Assembly: GCA_038087875.1 (NCBI GenBank)
Contig: CM076000.1
Span: 1,984,112 to 2,048,000, forward strand
Length of the DNA stretch: 63,889 nt
Source: Malacoraja senta
Taxonomy: Eukaryota
Direction: 5' to 3'
The first letter of the stretch is position 1, and every line of letters starts with the position of its first letter. The notes below the pieces were generated by a model that saw only the letters and a program-made list of their open reading frames with translations, did not search any database and was not told the DNA's origin. A program made the translations under genes and the position numbers. Positions 50,645 to 63,889 of this stretch are shown piece by piece.

Positions 50645-51276
50645 AGGCACCATTGGTAAACCTGCTGCCTTACAGCACCAGAGACCTGGGTTTGATTCTG
50701 ACCTCAGGCGCTGTCTGTGTGGAGTTAGCAAGTTCCCCCTGTGACCATGTATGTTTCCTTTGGGTACTTCGGCTTCCTTCCACATCCCAAAGACGTGCAG
50801 CTTTGTAGGTTAATTGACCTCTGTAATTGCCCTTAGCATGTAGGGATTGGATGAGAAAGAGGGATAGCATAGAACTAGTGTGAACGGGTGATCAATGGTT
50901 GCTGTGGTCTTGGTGGGCTGAAGAACCTGTTTCCACATGGTATCTTTCAATCAATCGAATCAATCCTTTCCCCTTCTCCCTAACTTTAGACTTTAGAGAT
51001 ACAGCGTGGAAACCGGCCCTTCGGCTCACCGAGTCCATGACGATCAGTGATCCCAGTACACTAACACTATCCTACACACAAGGGTCAATTTACAATTTTA
51101 CCGAAGCCAATTAACCTACAAATCTGTACATCTTTGGAGTGTGGGAGGAAACTGGAGCTCACGTGGTCAAAGGGAGAACGTACAAACCCTGTATGGACAG
51201 CAACCATAGTCCGGATCAAACCCGTGTCTCTGGCGCCATAAGGCAGCAATTCTACTGCTGCGCCACTGTGCCACCC
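50645..51276. mobile_element. Two HE1-like SINEs tail-to-tail (50645-50962 on +, 50985-51276 on -)
   Basis: Head, core and tail are present in opposite orientations. Confidence 0.82.
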
Positions 51277-51624
51277 CAACCTCGCCTCCTGCCCTGCTGC
51301 TGTTTGCCCCCCAACCATTCTCTGCCTCTCTCCCTCCCTTGCTCTTCCTGTCAGCTGTAGTTTTGTGTCATAGACATACTCATCATCCCGCCAACCTCTC
51401 AATCTTTAGGACAGCAGCCAAGAAATGTGCCCAAGGAGAGAAATCTGGTCCTGCTGTTAACTTTGGCATGATCAAAGGAAAATCCATCCTTCCAGGTTGC
51501 CTTCTTGTAAAACGGCCTCTCCTCCTGCAGAGAACAGAACAGAAATGTTTTAGGTAGAGCGTCTGGCCTTTTCAGGAATTATTCAAATTTCAAGGATATT
51601 TCTTTACGAAGAGACTTTTAGTTG

Positions 51625-52170
51625 AACAAGATGTTGGTGAGGTCACGTTTGGAGTAGAGTGTTCAGTTTTGGTCACCCTGCAGTAGGAAGGATGTCGTTA
51701 AGCTGCAAAGAGTGCTGAGAAGATTTACGTGGATATTGCCAGGACTTGTGTTCGGACAGGCTAAGACTCTATTCCTTAGAGCACAGGAGCATGAAGGGTG
51801 ATCTTATGGAGCTGTAAAAGATCTCAAGGGGATAGACAGGAAAAACGCATGGAGTTTCTTACCCAGAGTAGGGAAATCAAGATACAGAGGACATAGGTTT
51901 AAGGTGAGTGGGGAAAGATTTAATACGAACCTGAGCGGCAACTATTTCACAGAGGATGGTGGGTATAGGGAACGAGCTGCCAGAGGAGGTAGTTGGTGCA
52001 GGTACTATAACAATATCTAAAAGACATTTGGACAGGTGCATGGATAGGAAAGGTTAAGAGGGATATGGGCCAAACGTAAGTTGGAGGGACTATCGTAGAT
52101 GGGGCATCTTGGTCGTTGTGGGCAAGTTGGGCCGACGGGCCTGTTTCCGTGCTGTATGACTATGACTCTG
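51625..52170 (+). mobile_element. CR1 3' fragment
   Basis: LVRSRLE..VQFWSP remnant and GGGCCTGTTTCCGTGCTGTATGACT tail. Confidence 0.8.
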
Positions 52171-53929
52171 CCACGGTTTATTTCCTGTGGGGATTGACAT
52201 CGAGGAAAACGTACAAGGAGGAGAACATCGCCACGTGTCCAGAAAATACACACGAGATATTGGTGGATGATAATGTGCTGACCCGTGTCAAAGTTTAATT
52301 ATATTGTTAGCAAGGGTAGAAAGATGTTTAAGTGGATTTGAGAGAGGAAAAACTGACAATGGATCTGTGATTTCAAGATGAGAATATAACTTGGAGATAG
52401 GAAGAGTTAGATTTTAGACTTTAGAGATACAGAGCGGAATCAGGCCCTTCGGCCTACCGAATCTGTGGCGACTAGCGATCACCCCGTACGTTAGCACTCT
52501 CCTACACTCTAGGGACAATTTACAACTTTACTGAAGCCAATTAACCTACAAACCTGTACGTCTTTAGAGTGTAGAAAGGAACCGGAGCACCCAGAGAAAA
52601 CCCAACAATGGGCCAACCAGGCACTGCCCTGCCTGAGGCCATTAGTGGCTGGCCCTGATTAGTCCTGGCCGTTTCTTGCCTCCAGCTCTTCACCCCACCC
52701 CCTACTTTCAGTATGAAGAAGGGTCCCAACCCGAAACATCACCCATCCTTTTTCTCCAGAGATGCTGCCTGACCCATTGAGTAACACCAGCACTTTGTGC
52801 CTATCTTTGGTATAAACCAGCATCCGCAGTTCCTTGTTTCTACTATTCCTACACTCTTGCACGTGCGTATGATTGTGCCTATGTATAGTAAGATTTTTAC
52901 TGAACTGTAAAAAAGGAAGAAAATTAATTTCACTGTATCTAGGTACATGTGAGAATAAAGTAGAATTGAGCCATTGCCAATCTAGTTCACATGGTCTGCT
53001 CACACAAATGGAATTAAGATTGTCTTTCCATCGTGTTTGTGGCTTGTACAACCCAATCACTGAGTCCCTTAAGTTACATATCAAGTTAATGGCCCTGCTC
53101 AGAATGTTTTTCTTGTGGTTTATATTGCTCATGAGAAGGTGATCAAAAGTGGACATGATGTTCTAACCAAGGCCTTTATACACAGACAGTGTTTCTAGTT
53201 ATGTAGTTATGTCGTTAAATATACACCCTGCCAATGCTTCATAACATTATATTTGCTTTCCCAATGGCCCTGTGCTAATGATAGTAACCCTTCAAATGTA
53301 CATACATCACTGCAGCCAGCTCCCAGCACCAAGTAGCTTAGAGCATTTTACCTTGCATGTATCTTTGTGACGTCTCTGAAACTGAGAACAGCAGAAACAA
53401 TTCAAGGATGTTCCTGAAATCTCCTTGAGAAAGCATTCACACCAACTAAGGTCGGCATAATGTCGTAGAGGTAGAGCTGCTGCCTTACAGGGCCAGAGAC
53501 ACCGGTTCGATCCTCAAAACTCACGAGAATCCTGTATGGCACTAACACTCAGAATGGAACTTCGGTGTTGTTATTCAGAACGTGCGGTCATTGGTTAGGA
53601 GCGCACAGAAGCCCATCAAAGACAGTAGAAGGGGAGCGCTGTTTTCTAAACTGCCTGCTCCCCAAGCGAAACACATCCTTGACAGAGTCTGTGAGGCCCC
53701 AATTAGCACACAGCGAAACACACAGATGTGGAATCCAGTCAGCCCTAAGCTCCAGTTCAGAAGATGAGCACATAATAGGTTTTGCAATCCTCTCATCGAG
53801 ATCATCTGAAAAGAATGGGCATAGAATATAGAACGTAGAATGGTTCAGCACATGAACAGGCCCTTCGGCCCACAATTTCTGTGCTGTTGAACATGTTGCC
53901 AAGACCAACTTTTATCTGCCTGCACATTT

Positions 53930-54219
53930 AGTGTAGTGTAGTTTAGAGATACAGCGCGGAAACAGGCCCTTTGGCCCACCGAGTCCATGCTGACCACCGA
54001 TCCCTACACATTAGGGACAATTTACAATTTCTACCAAAGCAAATTAACCTTAAACCTGTATGTCTTTGGAGTGTGGGAGGAAACAGGAGCACCCGAGAAA
54101 AACCCACACGGTCACGGGGAGAACATACAAACTCCATATAGACAGCACTCGTATCCAGGATCGAACCTGGGACTCTGGCGCTGTAAAGCATCAACTCTAC
54201 CGCTGCGCTCCTGTGCCAC
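53930..54219 (-). mobile_element. HE1-like SINE
   Basis: Complete reverse-strand copy. Confidence 0.88.
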
Positions 54220-55477
54220 GTAATTCATATTCCTCAATTCCCTGCTTTCCAAAAGTCTCAAATACTACTTTTGTAACTGCCTCAACCACCAACCCCACCA
54301 GCACGTTCCGGGCACTCACCACCCTCTGTGTAGATGTCACAGACTAGCATAAGTACAGTAGATACCGTCCGTCTACAGAAATACAGTCAGCTCCTCATGC
54401 AGCCCAAAACTTTCTGCTAGACCAGAATCTATCTGTTTTACTTAGGAGATGATTGTGTGCTATGTTGTCTAAGTGTCTTTGAAAATCTAGTTACACATCA
54501 ATAACCGAATTGATCAATCTGGTAAACATGCCTACAAAATTCAAGATATTGGTGGGACAAGACGCTCTTTTCTAGAAAATGTCTGATTATCTCACTTTCC
54601 TGAAAAATTGTTACACAACGACCCCTAAGAATCAAGAAACCCGTTGCTATTGAAATTTTGTAACCGACTGCAATTTCTAGTTTCTGATTCATTGCTCTTT
54701 TGAGTTGGTAACTGTAGTTGTGAACATAGTACATAGAACAGTTCAGCACAAGAACAGGTCCTTTGGCTCACAATGTGTGTGCTGAAATGATGCCAAGTTA
54801 AACAAATCTCATCTGTCTGAATGAGATCCCTATCTCTCCGGGTGCTCCGGTTTCCTCCCACATTCCAAAGACGTATAGGTTTGTTGGTTAATTGGCCTCT
54901 GTAAATTGCTCCCACCCCCCTCCTGTGTGTAGGATAGAACTAGTTTATGGGTGATCGATGGTTGGTGTGGACACGATGGGCTGAAGGGCCTGCTTCCATG
55001 CTATATCTCTTAGCTTAGCTAAGCTGCATTACATAGAATACCTAACCTTGTGTTATTGGTACTTGGATGTGTGGCTCTCTGTCCCATCAAAATCATTTAT
55101 AAAGTTAGTAACCCTATTACAGATCCTTGCAGAACTCCATCAGGAGCACCGTCACTTTGAGTCCCTGCACTATACCTTAAAGCTGTCCCTGGCCATTCAG
55201 CTAATTTCATTGCTGTCAATAATTTCTAGTATAAAAGAAAATGCTGGAAGCACTCACTTGTACCATCCTATCACCAATTAGAGAGTGTTCCTGAGCTACC
55301 GTCTACCTGATTGGAGACCCTAAGATTATCTTTAATCAGACTTTACTGAACTTTATCTTGCACTAAATGTTATTCCCTTTATCCTGTACCTCTACACTGT
55401 GGACGGATTAATTGTAATCATGGATAGTCTTTCTGCTGACTGAATATCATGCACTGTACCTCGGTACATGTGATAAT

Positions 55478-55530
55478 TAAACTAAACTAAACTAAACTAA
55501 ACTAAACTAAACTAAACTAAATTAAACTAA
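55478..55530. repeat. (CTAAA)n LINE-tail microsatellite with a duplicated tail segment
   Basis: About 10 CTAAA units. CACTGTACCTCGGTACATGTGA recurs at ~55452 and ~55570. Confidence 0.85.
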
Positions 55531-55919
55531 ATGAACTGACTGAATAGCATGCAAAAAAACAAAGTTTTTCACTGTACCTCGGTACATGTGACAATGAATT
55601 AAACTAAACTAAACTAGGTCAGGCAGCATCTGTGGAGAGAGAAACAGAGTTAACATTTCAGATCTTTCTTCAGTTTCACAAACTATTATGTTCTGTAGTT
55701 TACCCGCACCACCTTCTCTGCCATAACAAAATATATTATTTATATTTTGTATTTCATTCCATGGAGTTTAAAAAGAAATAAAGTCTAACCTGTTCCAGGC
55801 TCTCAAAGACTGAATAAAGTGGAAGGATACTAAATAATGGGTGAAGATAGATACGATCATTCAATTCACAAGTTCCTTGAATGCCCAAGCATAGATGGAT
55901 GTAACCAGAGCAATTATTA

Positions 55920-56260
55920 ATGTGATAGGAGCAGAATTAGACCATTTGACCCATCAAGTCTATTCAATCATGGTTGACCTATCTTCCCTTCTTAACCCCA
56001 TTCTCCTGCCTTCTCCCCATATCCCCTGACACCAGCACTAATCAAGAATCTTTCTATCTCTGCCTTTAAAATATCCATTGACTTGGCCTCCACAGCCGTC
56101 TCTGGCAATGAATTCCACAGATTCACCACCCTCTGACTAAAGAAATTCCACCTCATCTTCTTCTTAAAGGAACGTCCTTTTATTCTGAGGCTATGACCTC
56201 TGGTTCTATTCTCTCCCACTAGTGGAAAAATCCTCTCCACATTCATTCTATCCAGGCCTA
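55920..56260 (-). mobile_element. CR1 3' fragment
   Basis: GENRTRGHSLRIKGRSF...QRVVNLWNSLP peptide. Confidence 0.88.
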
Positions 56261-57794
56261 TTAATAGGAACAAAGGGAAAAGGCAAATTTATTTGTGAAA
56301 GTCAAAGGTCGGGACATAGTTAGAGTACTATTACAGTTTCAGGCACCCTGTACAGGAAGGACATTAGAACATTTGAGGCTCATGGAGTACCTAATGTGTT
56401 GGATGGTTCTATAGTTTTAGTTGAGTTTATTATTGTCATGTGTACCGAGGTACAGTTAAAAGCTATTGTTTGCGTGCTATCCACTCAAAGAAAAGATTGA
56501 GGAAGGGTTCCAACCCAAATTGTCACCTCCTCCTATTCTCCAGAGATGCTGCTCATCCCGCTGATTTACCCCAGCATTTTATGTCTTTCAGCGTAAACCA
56601 GCATCTGTAGTTCCTTCCTACACAAAGAAAAGACTTTACATGAATATAACCATGCTGTCCACAGTGCACAGATAAAGGAAAAAATATACAACATTTAGTC
56701 CAAGATATAACGTTGAAGTCCGATAAAGTTTGATTAAAGTTAGTTCAAAGGTCTTCAATGAGACACAAGGAACCCCAGTCGCTGGTTTACAAAAAAAGAC
56801 ACAAAGTGCTGGAGTAACTCAGCATCTCTGGAGAACATGGATAGGCGAAGTTCCGACCTCACCTTTCTTCCAGCTTTCAGGATCAATCCCGAGTCTCTGG
56901 CGCTGTAAGGCAGCAACTCTACCGCTGCACCACTGGGCCGTAATCTCTCAAAAATAGAAGACAAACACTTGATTCTTGATAATCATTTTGACGGGCTGTG
57001 TGTGAAAGAGAATGATTTGAAAAAACAGTTGTGATGTGTCAAAAGGCTCAAGAGAGTTTGATTGCCATGTGCACTGACAACAGAACTATGAAATTCTTAA
57101 TGTAATAAAAACCAACTGCAGATATTGGTTTAAAACAAAGACAGACAAAAAATGCTGGAGTAACTCAGCGGGTCGGGCAGCATCTGGAGGAGAACATGAA
57201 TAGGTGATGTTTTGATTCGGGACCCCTCTTGAGACTGATTGTAGTTGGGACAGTGGAGGAAAATTCTTACTTGCAGCAGCTTAACAGGCCCATAAATGCA
57301 CTGCACATTGATAATATATAATAATCTAAAATTCAATAAATTAACAACTGTGATACAAAAAATCGATCTCTGTAGTGCAACCAAAGACACATTCCGTAGA
57401 AGTTCATAGTTGCTGAGGCCATCTATCACTCGCCAGGCTTTGTCCTGCCCCTCTTCTATTCCAGCTTTCTCCCCCCACCATAACTAGTCTGAACAAGAGT
57501 CCCGACCTGAGATGTCACCTATCCATTTCTTCCAGAGCTGCAGCCTCACCCGCTGAGCTACCTCAGCACTTTGTGTCTTTTTCTGCTGAGATTCGTGTTC
57601 TACGGTGTTGCAGATCCTGATGGCTATTGGGAAGAAGCTGGCATTGAATCTGCAGGTCGCAGGTCGCCTGTACTTTCTTCCCATGGTAGGAGTCAAATGA
57701 GAGCGTGGACAGGGTGGTGTAAGGCTTTGATGATATTGGCTGCCTTTGTGAATTAAGTATGCAAGTGTGATTGTCTGCCCCAGAACAAGCGTAG

Positions 57795-58520
57795 TTTAGT
57801 TTATTAGTTACGTTTATTATTGTCACGTGCACTGAGGTACAGTGAAAAGCATTTTTGTTGCGTGCTATCCAGTCAGCGAAAAGACTACATAATTGCAATC
57901 AATCAGTTCACAGTGTACAGATACAGCATGAATGGAATAGCGTTTAATGCAGGATGAAGTCCAGTAAAATCCGATTAAATATAGTGTCCGAGGGTCTCCA
58001 ATGAGGTAAATGGTAGGTCAGGACCCAAATCCAGTTGGTGAAAGAATGGTTCAGTTGCCTGATAACAGCTGGGAAGAAACTGTCCGTGAATCTGGAGGTG
58101 TGTGTTTTCACACTTCTATACCTCTTGCCTGATATGAGAGGAGAGAAGAGGGACTGGCGGGGTGAGACTCATCCTTGATTATGTTTTTGGCTTTGCCGAG
58201 GCAGCGTGAGGTGTAAATGGAGTCAATGGATGGGAGGTGTGTGTGATAGTCTGGGCTGTGTCCACAATTCTCTGCAATTTCTTGTTGTCTTGATGGAGCT
58301 GTTCCCAAACCATGCTGTGATGTACCCTGATAAAATGCTTTCTACAGCACACCTGTAGATATTAGTGAGAGTTGTTGGGGACATTCTGAACCTCCTAAGC
58401 CCTCTAAGGCGTTGGTGTGCTTTCTTGACCATTGCTACAATATGGGTGGTCCAGGAGAGGTTGCTGGTGATATTTATTCCTAGGAACTTGAAGCTTTCAA
58501 CCATCTCTACTTCGACGCTG
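57795..58520 (-). mobile_element. Rex1/Babar LINE 3' fragment
   Basis: VEMVESFKFLGINITSNLSWTTH...KKAHQRL..LRRF...YRCAVESILSGYITAWFGN peptide. Confidence 0.85.
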
Positions 58521-58744
58521 TTATTGCAAAGCAGTGTAAAACACAGGAACAGTCCTTTGGCCCACAGTATCCATGCCGACCATGATGCCAAGTAAAACAG
58601 ATCTCTTTTGCCGGCATATGATCTATACCCTTTCATTCCATGCATATCCATGTGCCTATCCAACAACCTCTGAAAAGCCACTATTATATCTGCCTCCACC
58701 ACCACCCTGACATCACATTCCAGGCGCCCACCTCAATAATGAGT

Positions 58745-59412
58745 TATAGACAATAGACAATAGGTGCAGGAGTAGGCAATTCGGCCCTTGGAGCCAGCAC
58801 CGCCATTCAATGTGATCATGGGTGATCATCCACAATCAGTACCCCGTTCCTGCCTTCTCTCCATATCCCCTGACTCCGCTATCTTTAAGAGCCCTATCTA
58901 GCTCTCTCTTGAAAGTATCCAGAGAACCGGCCTCCATCGCCCTCTGAGGCAGAGAATTCCACACTCACAACTCTGTGTGAAAAAGTGTTTCCTCATCTTT
59001 GTTCTAAATAACTTACCCCTTATTGTTAAACTGTAGCCCCTGGTTCTGGACTCCCCCAACATCGGGAACATGTTTCCTGCCTCTAGCGTGTCCAAACCCT
59101 TAATAATCTTATATGTTTCCAATAAGATCCCCTCTCATCCTTCTAAATTCCAGGGTATACAAGCCCAGCCGCTCCATTCTCTCAGCATATGACAGTCCGG
59201 CCATCCCGGGAATTAACCTTGTGAACCTACGCTGCACTCCCTCAATAGCAAGAATGTCCTTCCTCAAATTTGGAGACCAAAACTGCACACAATACTCCAA
59301 GTGTGGTCTTACTAAGACCCTGTACAACTGCAGAAGGACCTCTTTGCTTCTATACTCAACTCCTCTTGTTATGAAGGCCAACATGCCATTCACTTTCTTC
59401 ACTGCCTGCTGT
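58745..59412 (-). mobile_element. CR1 3' fragment
   Basis: LVRPHLEYCVQFWSPNLRKDILAIEGVQRRFTRLIPGM peptide and a (CTATTGT)n tail. Confidence 0.92.
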
Positions 59413-59566
59413 TGACAAGAAGAGTTTAATTATTGCTTCTAGCTTTATTTTTGTATCTGATGATTGCAAATATTTCATACATCTAAAGAAGGCTTCTGCA
59501 CACAGAAAATGTCATCTGTGTGCCCTTTGCCTGTGCTTTTCCTCTGAAGAGCATGATTTCTGAATT

Positions 59567-59874
59567 TAATTTAATTTGGTTCAGAGATACAATGTGGAAA
59601 CAGGCCCTTCGGCGTACCGAGTCCGAGTCGACCAGTGATCCCCGTACACTAGCACTATCCTACACACTAGGGACAATTTACAATTTACAGAAGCCAATTA
59701 ACCTACAAACCTGTATGTCTTTGGAGTGTGGGAGGAAACCAGAGCAACGGCACAAAACCCATGCAGTCACAGGGAAAATGTACAAACTCCATATAGATAG
59801 CACCCGCAGTCAGGATCGAACCCAGATCTCTTGCGTTATCAGGCAGCATCTGTACCGCTGCACCACCTTGCCAC
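59567..59874 (-). mobile_element. HE1-like SINE
   Basis: Complete reverse-strand copy. Confidence 0.88.
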
Positions 59875-60233
59875 CTCTTGTTTCTGGTGTTTATCCAGGT
59901 TGTATGCAAAGATAGAGGAGCAAGATTCATCAAGAACCAAGATGTATGAAAGTTCACAATCATCACTTGTGTAGAAACCCTGACTATCTGCAAAAGTGCA
60001 ATATATAAATATAGATCGACCAACGATCCCTGTACAGGACAATAAACCTACAAACCTGAAAATGGTTGGCATTGTCCAGAAAGATCTCTATTTGGAATCC
60101 ACGAGAATTAAAAGAAAAACAAAAAACATAGAATGTAGAACAGTACAGCACTAGAATGTTTGTGCCGAACATGATGCCAAGTTAAACTGATCTCGTCTGC
60201 CTGTACATGAACCATATCCCTCTATCCCTTGCA

Positions 60234-60615
60234 TAGAAACATAGAAAATAGGTGCTGGAGGAGGCCATTTGGCCCTTCAAGCCTGCACTACCATTCATTG
60301 TGATCATGGCTGATCATCCACAATCAGTAACCTGTGCCTGCCTTCTCCCTGTGTCCCTTGATTCTGCTAGCCCCTACAGCTCTATCTAACTCTCTTTTAA
60401 ATTCATCCAGTGAATTAGCCTCTACTGCCTTCTGTGGCAGAGAATTCCACAAATTCACAACTCTCTGCGTGAAAAGGTATTTTCTCATCTCAGTTTTAAA
60501 TGGCCTCCCCTTTATTCTTAGACTGTAGCCTCTGGTTCTGGTCTCCTCCATCATTGGGAAAATTTTTCCTGCATCTAGTTTGTCCAGTCCTTTTATAATT
60601 TTATGTTTCTATGCA
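60234..60615 (-). mobile_element. CR1 3' end nested in an older CR1 fragment (~60125-60885)
   Basis: ETRTRGYSLRIKGRPF...QRVVNLWNSLP peptide; the older copy resumes on both sides. Confidence 0.82.
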
Positions 60616-62286
60616 CTTCCATATGCCTATTTAAAAGCCTCTTAAATGCCACTATCGTATCTGCCTCCACCACCACCTCTAGCAGCATGTACCAGGCCCC
60701 CACCAGGATCTTCCTTCTTGACGAATCTTGCTCCTCTATCTCTGCTTAAAAAAACTTGTCCCACACATCTCCGTTAAACTATCCCCCTCTCACCTTGTGG
60801 CAATGCCCTCCAGTGATGGATATTTCTACACTAAGAAAAAGGTTCTGACTGTCTACTCTATCTACGCCTCTCATAATTTTGTATACTTTACTTTAGCAAA
60901 ACAATGCGAAAACAGGCCCTTCGGCCCACCGAGTCTGTGCCGACCAGTGATCACTCTGTATACTAGCACTGCCCTGCACACTAGGAACAATTTACAATGT
61001 GAAGAGGATGCAGGCATGGAGTGTTATGGAGGAGGCAGGCATGTTGTCGGCAAAGTTTTAGTTTGTCAGTATGATTATGTCAGGCTGTGTTTGACTTGTC
61101 TGTGGTACAGGGTCACCCAATTGGACACAAGTTTAGACAGGACTTTGCAAGGTTCACATACGTTCAAATTCAATGCAAGTATTTTGTTCTCATTCTATTT
61201 TAAAATTGCAGCTCTGATTCAACTTAATGTCCTCTGAGATAACCCAGCCAGCTGCACTATCTAGGGAGCTACATCCTCTCACAGAAAAGACACAAAACGT
61301 TGGAGTAACTCAGCAGGTCAGGCGGCATCTCTGTATATTCTGTATCTTCCCCTTTGCTCTACCTAAAGTACTTGAGTTCGACGATTGTATTTATGTAGAC
61401 ACAAGGAACTGCAGATGCTAGTTTACAAAGAAAGGCACAGTGTAACTCAGTAGGTCAGGCAGCATGGACAGTGTGAAGAAGGGTCTCGACCCAAAACATC
61501 ACCTATCCATTTTCTCCAGAGACGTTGCCTGACCTGCTGAGTTACTCCAGCATTTTGTGACTTTCCTTGGTAAGCCACAGTTCCTTGTTTCTACTGTCTC
61601 TCGCATCTTTCCTCATAATTATTTCAATAACATGTACCATTCAAAAATAAAGAGGTTCTAATATCAATTCCTAACACCAACATTCATTCATCCACCCCCA
61701 CCTTTTGGTCTGCAGAGATCTCCCCCATCGCTGCTTCTACCAGTTGCACACAGTGGCACAGCTGGTAGAGTTGCTGCCTTACGCTGTCAGAGACGCGGGT
61801 TGGATCTCTGTTTAAAAAAAAAAATTAAAGATATCTTTAATTGAACTTTACTGGACTTTATCTTGCACTAAACGTTATTCCCTTTATCCTGTATCTGTAC
61901 ACTGTGGACTGCTCAATTGTAACCATGGATAGTCTTTGCATAGTCCTTTTCAATGCATGCTATCCACTGTGGATAGCATGCATTGAAAAAGATTTTCACT
62001 GTACCTCAGTACACGTGACAAACTCAACTAAACTCAACTAAACTATAGTATTTACAAAACATTCTGCCGGACAACCCTTGTAGAAATCAAATATATAATG
62101 AGGTTTTCTGAGAACCAGAAAACCTGGAGTTATTATTTAATAAAGCATCCAAAAATAAAATCAGAAGAGGAAGTTCCTAGTGGAAAGGCAATGCACATTT
62201 TAGACATTTAGAATTATGTTGATTATTTGTAGCATTTTTTACATTTTTTAAAAATTGATTTATTTCATATTTGAGAGCGTTTATGA

Positions 62287-62433
<147 letters not shown>

Positions 62434-63198
62434 TAGATAGAGATTGGTTAAGCTTGAAGTGAAGAATGAGAACTGAACTGTTAATTACAATGCATCAGTA
62501 ACCATGTATGCAAAGAAGCTGGTTTACAAAGGAGAACATGGATAGGTGACATTTTGGGTCAGAACCCTTCTTCAGTCTGAAGAGTTACTCCAGCATTTTG
62601 TGTCTATCTTCGGTATAAACCAGCATCTGTAGTTCCTTCCTACAGAAGTGATTGGTGGATACAGGTGAGGAGGGGCATTTTGATTGGCAGATGAATGGAC
62701 AGGGCCAGAGATGAAAAGGAGACACAAGGATGTAAGATATGGAGAGAAGAGGAATGAAACGTGAAGCCAGAGGAAGGGAAAGAGGTGGAAGGGGAGTGGG
62801 AGAAATGGGGTACAGGGATGAAAGGGGGGAGAAAAGGGGGGGAGAAAGTAGGAGGAGAATTGTTCAGAAGGGCTTACTTCCAAATAATCGACAAGGAAAC
62901 ACAAAGAGAACAATAATTAAAGTTCTTTGTACCAAACCCACGTGCAATACAAGTAGTTTCAAGGCTACATCGTCACATTAAAGACACTGTATCTTTTTTC
63001 GTGAGTCTATCTAGGCTCTATTTCAAAATGATCCAGAGTGTTGCTTATAATATAAACCAACCTTTGTGGGACCACAAAAGCTCCAGTGTCTCATTATGTT
63101 GACCTACAGAACTGTGACTTTAAATTGAAAGTACATTACTTTCTTATTGCTCTTCTATTCTTTCCTTTGCTTTTGATGCACAATTCTGCTACACTTAC

Positions 63199-63256
63199 TT
63201 TTCTGGTTACAATCTTGTGTTTCTACATTTTCTGGTTACAATCTTGTGTTTCTACA
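63199..63256. repeat. Exact 29-bp tandem duplication
   Basis: TTTTCTGGTTACAATCTTGTGTTTCTACA occurs twice. Confidence 0.9.
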
Positions 63257-63594
63257 TTTTTCCATCAGCTCGGTGATTAGTGAAACTGTCGACGCACTTT
63301 CATAAGCATACGAGATATACCCAAAATGCTGGAGTAACTCAGTGGGTCAGGCAACATCTCTGGAGAAAAGGAATAGGTGACGTTTCAGGTCGAAACCCTT
63401 CTTCAAACTGAGAGTCAGGGGGGAGGGAAACTAAAGGTATGGAAAGGTTCAGAAAAAATCAAAGCCAGTCAGTTTGCTCTGCATAATGACACAAGAAAAT
63501 GCAATTTGAGCAGCCAGCTATCCTCCATAAATAATCTGACCTCTTAGTTTAGTTTAATTTAGTTTAGTTTAGTTTAAAGATAGAGTGTGGAAAT

Positions 63595-63797
63595 AGTGTG
63601 GGTTTTCTCCAGGTGCTCCGGGTTCTTCCCGCATTCCAAAGACGTACAGGTTTGTACGTTAATTGGCTTTGATAAAATTGTAAATTATCCCTAGTGTGTA
63701 GGACAGTGCAAGTGTATGGGAATCGCTGGTCGGTGTGGACTCGGCAGGCTGAAGGGCCTGTTTCCATGTTGTATCTCTTAACTAAAAAACTAAACTA
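63595..63797 (+). mobile_element. 5'-truncated HE1-like SINE
   Basis: Core and tail present, head missing. Confidence 0.8.
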
Positions 63798-63889
63798 AGA
63801 AGAAAATATTATTGCGCAGCCAGCCAGCCTCCATGATTAATCTGACCTCTTATAGAATACTGATTTATTTAAACTAGACTGACAACCAA

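Overview
Vertebrate genomic DNA, almost certainly from a cartilaginous fish (probably a skate or ray, inferred from HE1-type SINEs, CR1/HER1 LINEs and abundant Penelope repeats). Two host genes lie head-to-head. On the minus strand is coding exon 1 of a mitochondrial protein (6396-6620), most likely MICU2, judged by its presequence-like N-terminus and by synteny. On the plus strand is FGF9: coding exon 1 at 26410-26680, a 35.6-kb intron, and exon 2 at 62309-62412; exon 3 lies beyond the window. Most of the remainder is transposon debris: V-SINEs, CR1, Rex1/Babar, Tx1, Penelope-like elements (PLE), a full-length decayed Tc1 and a Harbinger-type MITE. Main points of interest: (1) about 20 PLE terminal-repeat copies carrying minimal hammerhead-ribozyme cores, including a 221-bp palindromic mini-element with back-to-back cores and a 14-bp TSD; (2) a four-level nested insertion at 13.4-18.1 kb; (3) a Gly-to-Ser change at a normally conserved FGF9/16/20 position that also creates an in-frame cryptic splice donor; (4) a conserved, uORF-rich FGF9 leader; (5) a 31-33-bp-phased CCAAT minisatellite next to the putative MICU2 promoter. 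I find no evidence of a new multi-gene system. Repeat boundaries are approximate, and comparisons with human sequence come from recall and need alignment.
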